Source of the DNA: Microbacterium sp. T32
Lineage (GTDB): Bacteria > Actinomycetota > Actinomycetes > Actinomycetales > Microbacteriaceae
Direction of reading: 5' to 3'
NCBI RefSeq assembly: GCF_001619615.1
Contig: NZ_LQQP01000011.1
Coordinates: 85,783-109,782, forward strand
Length of the DNA stretch: 24,000 bases
Positions within the stretch are counted from its first letter, which is position 1. Each line of letters starts with the position of its first letter. A program made the translations under genes and the position numbers. Below the pieces are notes generated by a model, which was not told the DNA's origin, did not search any database, and saw only the letters and a program-made list of their open reading frames with translations. Positions 22,622 through 24,000 of this stretch are shown one piece after another.

Positions 22622-23364
22622 CCCGCCGCCCTCTCCCGGTACTCGGGCCGGTACGCCGCGCCGTCGCGCGGGACGAGCCGCTCGGTGGGTGCGCCGAGCA
22701 GCTCGATCGAGCCGTCGGCCGCGGGCAGCAGCATGCGCGCCCGCCGAGCCGTGGGCGTGCGCTTGCTGCGCACCGACACCGTGAGCTCACGCCCGGCGAG
22801 ATAGCCGTGCCCCTGCCCGAGCCCCGCCCACCGCGGATCGGCGACGTCGATCACGGCCTCCGCCTGCGGCCACGGGCCCTGCACCAGCAGCACGGTCCCG
22901 CGATCGCGCAACCGCGCCGCGAGCCGGGTGGCTTCGGTTCCTCCTCGCGCGGTGTTCGCCCCCGCCGGAGGGCGCACCGCCACGACCGGCAGGACCTCGG
23001 CGATCGTGGCCGTGACCGCCAGCCAGCGCGGCCCGGGATCGGGGATGAAGACCAGCCGGTCGAGGTCGAGACCGTACTTCTCGGCGGCTTCGGCGCCCAG
23101 TTCGGGCATGCCGACGACGCCGCACCACGCCCCGTCCTGCGAGGGCCGAGCCATGAGCGCCAGCAGCAGCGACATCGAGCGGGCGATCGCGTACGCCGAC
23201 CCCGACCGTAGACCGCCGCCGGGAAGCAACGAGGTGAAGGCGGGATGCGTCGGCAGCACCGGCGCGTCCAGGCGACGCCCCTGCATCCGCTCGAGCCGAT
23301 CCCGGAGCGCGTGGATGTCGGGAACGGCCTCCGCCTGGTCTCGCACGATCGCCCTCACTCCCAC
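22618..23364 (-). CDS. imuA': ImuA' (RecA/SulA-like fold) first gene of the imuA'-imuB-dnaE2 cassette
   Basis: The roughly 247-aa product contains PTHPAFTSLLPGGGLRSGSAYAI...WCGVVGMPELGAEAAEKYGLDLDRLVFIPDPG, resembling actinobacterial ImuA'. Operon position and the SOS box upstream support the call. The true start is probably GTG 23358 (leaderless), because the -10 hexamer abuts GTG 23364. Confidence 0.8.
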   Translation of the reverse strand: MGVRAIVRDQAEAVPDIHALRDRLERMQGRRLDAPVLPTHPAFTSLLPGGGLRSGSAYAIARSMSLLLALMARPSQDGAWCGVVGMPELGAEAAEKYGLDLDRLVFIPDPGPRWLAVTATIAEVLPVVAVRPPAGANTARGGTEATRLAARLRDRGTVLLVQGPWPQAEAVIDVADPRWAGLGQGHGYLAGRELTVSVRSKRTPTARRARMLLPAADGSIELLGAPTERLVPRDGAAYRPEYRERAAG

Positions 23365-23393
23365 AGGTTAGAACATGTGTTCTACACTCTCAA
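23365..23393 (-). promoter_or_regulatory. candidate sigma-70-type promoter of the imu cassette (TTGAGA-17 nt-TAACCT)
   Basis: On the minus strand, TTGAGA is the reverse complement of 23388-23393, the spacer is 17 nt, and TAACCT is the reverse complement of 23365-23370. GTG 23358 follows 6 nt after the -10. The SOS box occupies the spacer and the first 2 nt of the -10. Confidence 0.5.
23369..23384. promoter_or_regulatory. LexA operator (actinobacterial SOS box)
   Basis: TAGAACATGTGTTCTA is a perfect 16-bp palindrome with the GAAC-N4-GTTC core of the actinobacterial/Gram-positive LexA consensus (TCGAAC-N4-GTTCGA). It is located in the spacer of the imuA' promoter. Confidence 0.85.
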
Positions 23394-23442
23394 TCCCTGT
23401 GGTTCGAAGATACGATCACCCTCCGACATCGCCGTGAGCGGC

Positions 23443-24000
23443 TCAGATCAGGTCGGCGGTCCCCACGATCCGGGCGAATCCGCCCTGCTGCAGCACCAGC
23501 CCGGTCGCGGCCATGAGCTCGGCCGCCGAGCGCGTCACGGTCCCCGCGCCCGCGACCTCGGCCGACAGATCGAAGGTGCGGGTGGCATCCAGCACGACGG
23601 CCACGTCGTAACCGAGGTTGCCCGCCATCCGCGCCGTCGTCTCCACGCACATGTTCGTCTGGATGCCGCAGATCACCAGTTCCCGGATGCCGCGCTCCCC
23701 CAGCCACGCGTGCAGATCGGGGTCGCCGTAGAACGCCGAATTGACGTTCTTGGTCACGAACAGCGCCGGCTCCACCGCTGCGACGACGTCGACCAGGGCA
23801 TTGCCCGGCGACGAGGGATGCAACGGCGACCCTTCCGAACGCGAGTCGTGTCGCACCACGACGACGGGCTCCCCGTCCGCCTCCCAGCGCGCCACGAGAG
23901 CGCCGACGTTCGCCTCGCAGTCCGGATTGGCGGTCGGACCCCAGAAATCGAGGTCGTCGAAACCCCGCTGCATGTCGATCACGAGGAGAGCACGAGTCAT
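23443..24000 (-). CDS. isochorismatase-family cysteine hydrolase
   Basis: The 185-aa product contains ALLVIDMQRGF (catalytic Asp), TKNVNSAFYG (Lys) and LVICGIQTNMCVETTAR (Cys), the isochorismatase/nicotinamidase-like triad context. The ATG is exactly the last three bases of the window, so the CDS is complete. Confidence 0.85.
   Translation of the reverse strand: MTRALLVIDMQRGFDDLDFWGPTANPDCEANVGALVARWEADGEPVVVVRHDSRSEGSPLHPSSPGNALVDVVAAVEPALFVTKNVNSAFYGDPDLHAWLGERGIRELVICGIQTNMCVETTARMAGNLGYDVAVVLDATRTFDLSAEVAGAGTVTRSAAELMAATGLVLQQGGFARIVGTADLI

Noticed and set aside
17555-22804. 1749-aa plus-strand ORF spanning dnaE2, imuB and part of imuA'
   Set aside because: It is antisense to three well-supported genes and crosses their intergenic gaps. 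It has the same antisense composition signature, and no start or RBS context supports it.

Overview
High-GC (about 70%) actinobacterial chromosome segment. Gene content and synteny suggest Microbacteriaceae or a related Actinomycetota lineage, but the taxon is inference. I support 20 intact protein genes, one frameshifted gene and two tRNAs (Ala-CGC, Arg-CCT). I found no rRNA, CRISPR array, transposase or integrase. Most of the window is core-genome housekeeping. It contains a rimJ-like GNAT, galU, 5-formyl-THF cyclo-ligase, an FmdB zinc ribbon and mscL, the same neighbourhood as M. tuberculosis Rv0985c-Rv0996. It also holds an actP/DUF485 pair with a divergent RamA-like LuxR regulator, coaBC, and a contiguous LexA-controlled imuA'-imuB-dnaE2 mutagenesis cassette with a perfect SOS box inside its promoter. 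The most unusual locus is 5243-9904. It encodes a 1243-aa DUF4011/SF1-helicase/Vsr-like-nuclease protein (Hhe-like architecture) whose Walker A Lys and Walker B Asp-Glu are replaced (GTGGT, ADAG). A small Pro/Ala-rich ORF is translationally coupled to it through a GTGA overlap. A full-length O6-alkylguanine-DNA alkyltransferase homologue is transcribed divergently, and its catalytic PCHRV cysteine is Val (PVHRV). This gives two adjacent DNA-transaction enzymes that look catalytically dead but otherwise well conserved. Other points worth a look are a bacterial TANGO2/NRDE homologue divergent from coaBC, a single-nucleotide frameshift splitting a membrane-protein gene, a 67-nt nested palindrome after mscL, a perfect 51-bp tandem duplication in a DUF2510 protein linker, an 11-residue (33-bp) repeat array in a membrane protein, and a recurring TANNNT-N6/7-start pattern suggesting leaderless transcripts. 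Many long ORFs in the six-frame track are antisense or high-GC artefacts and were rejected.
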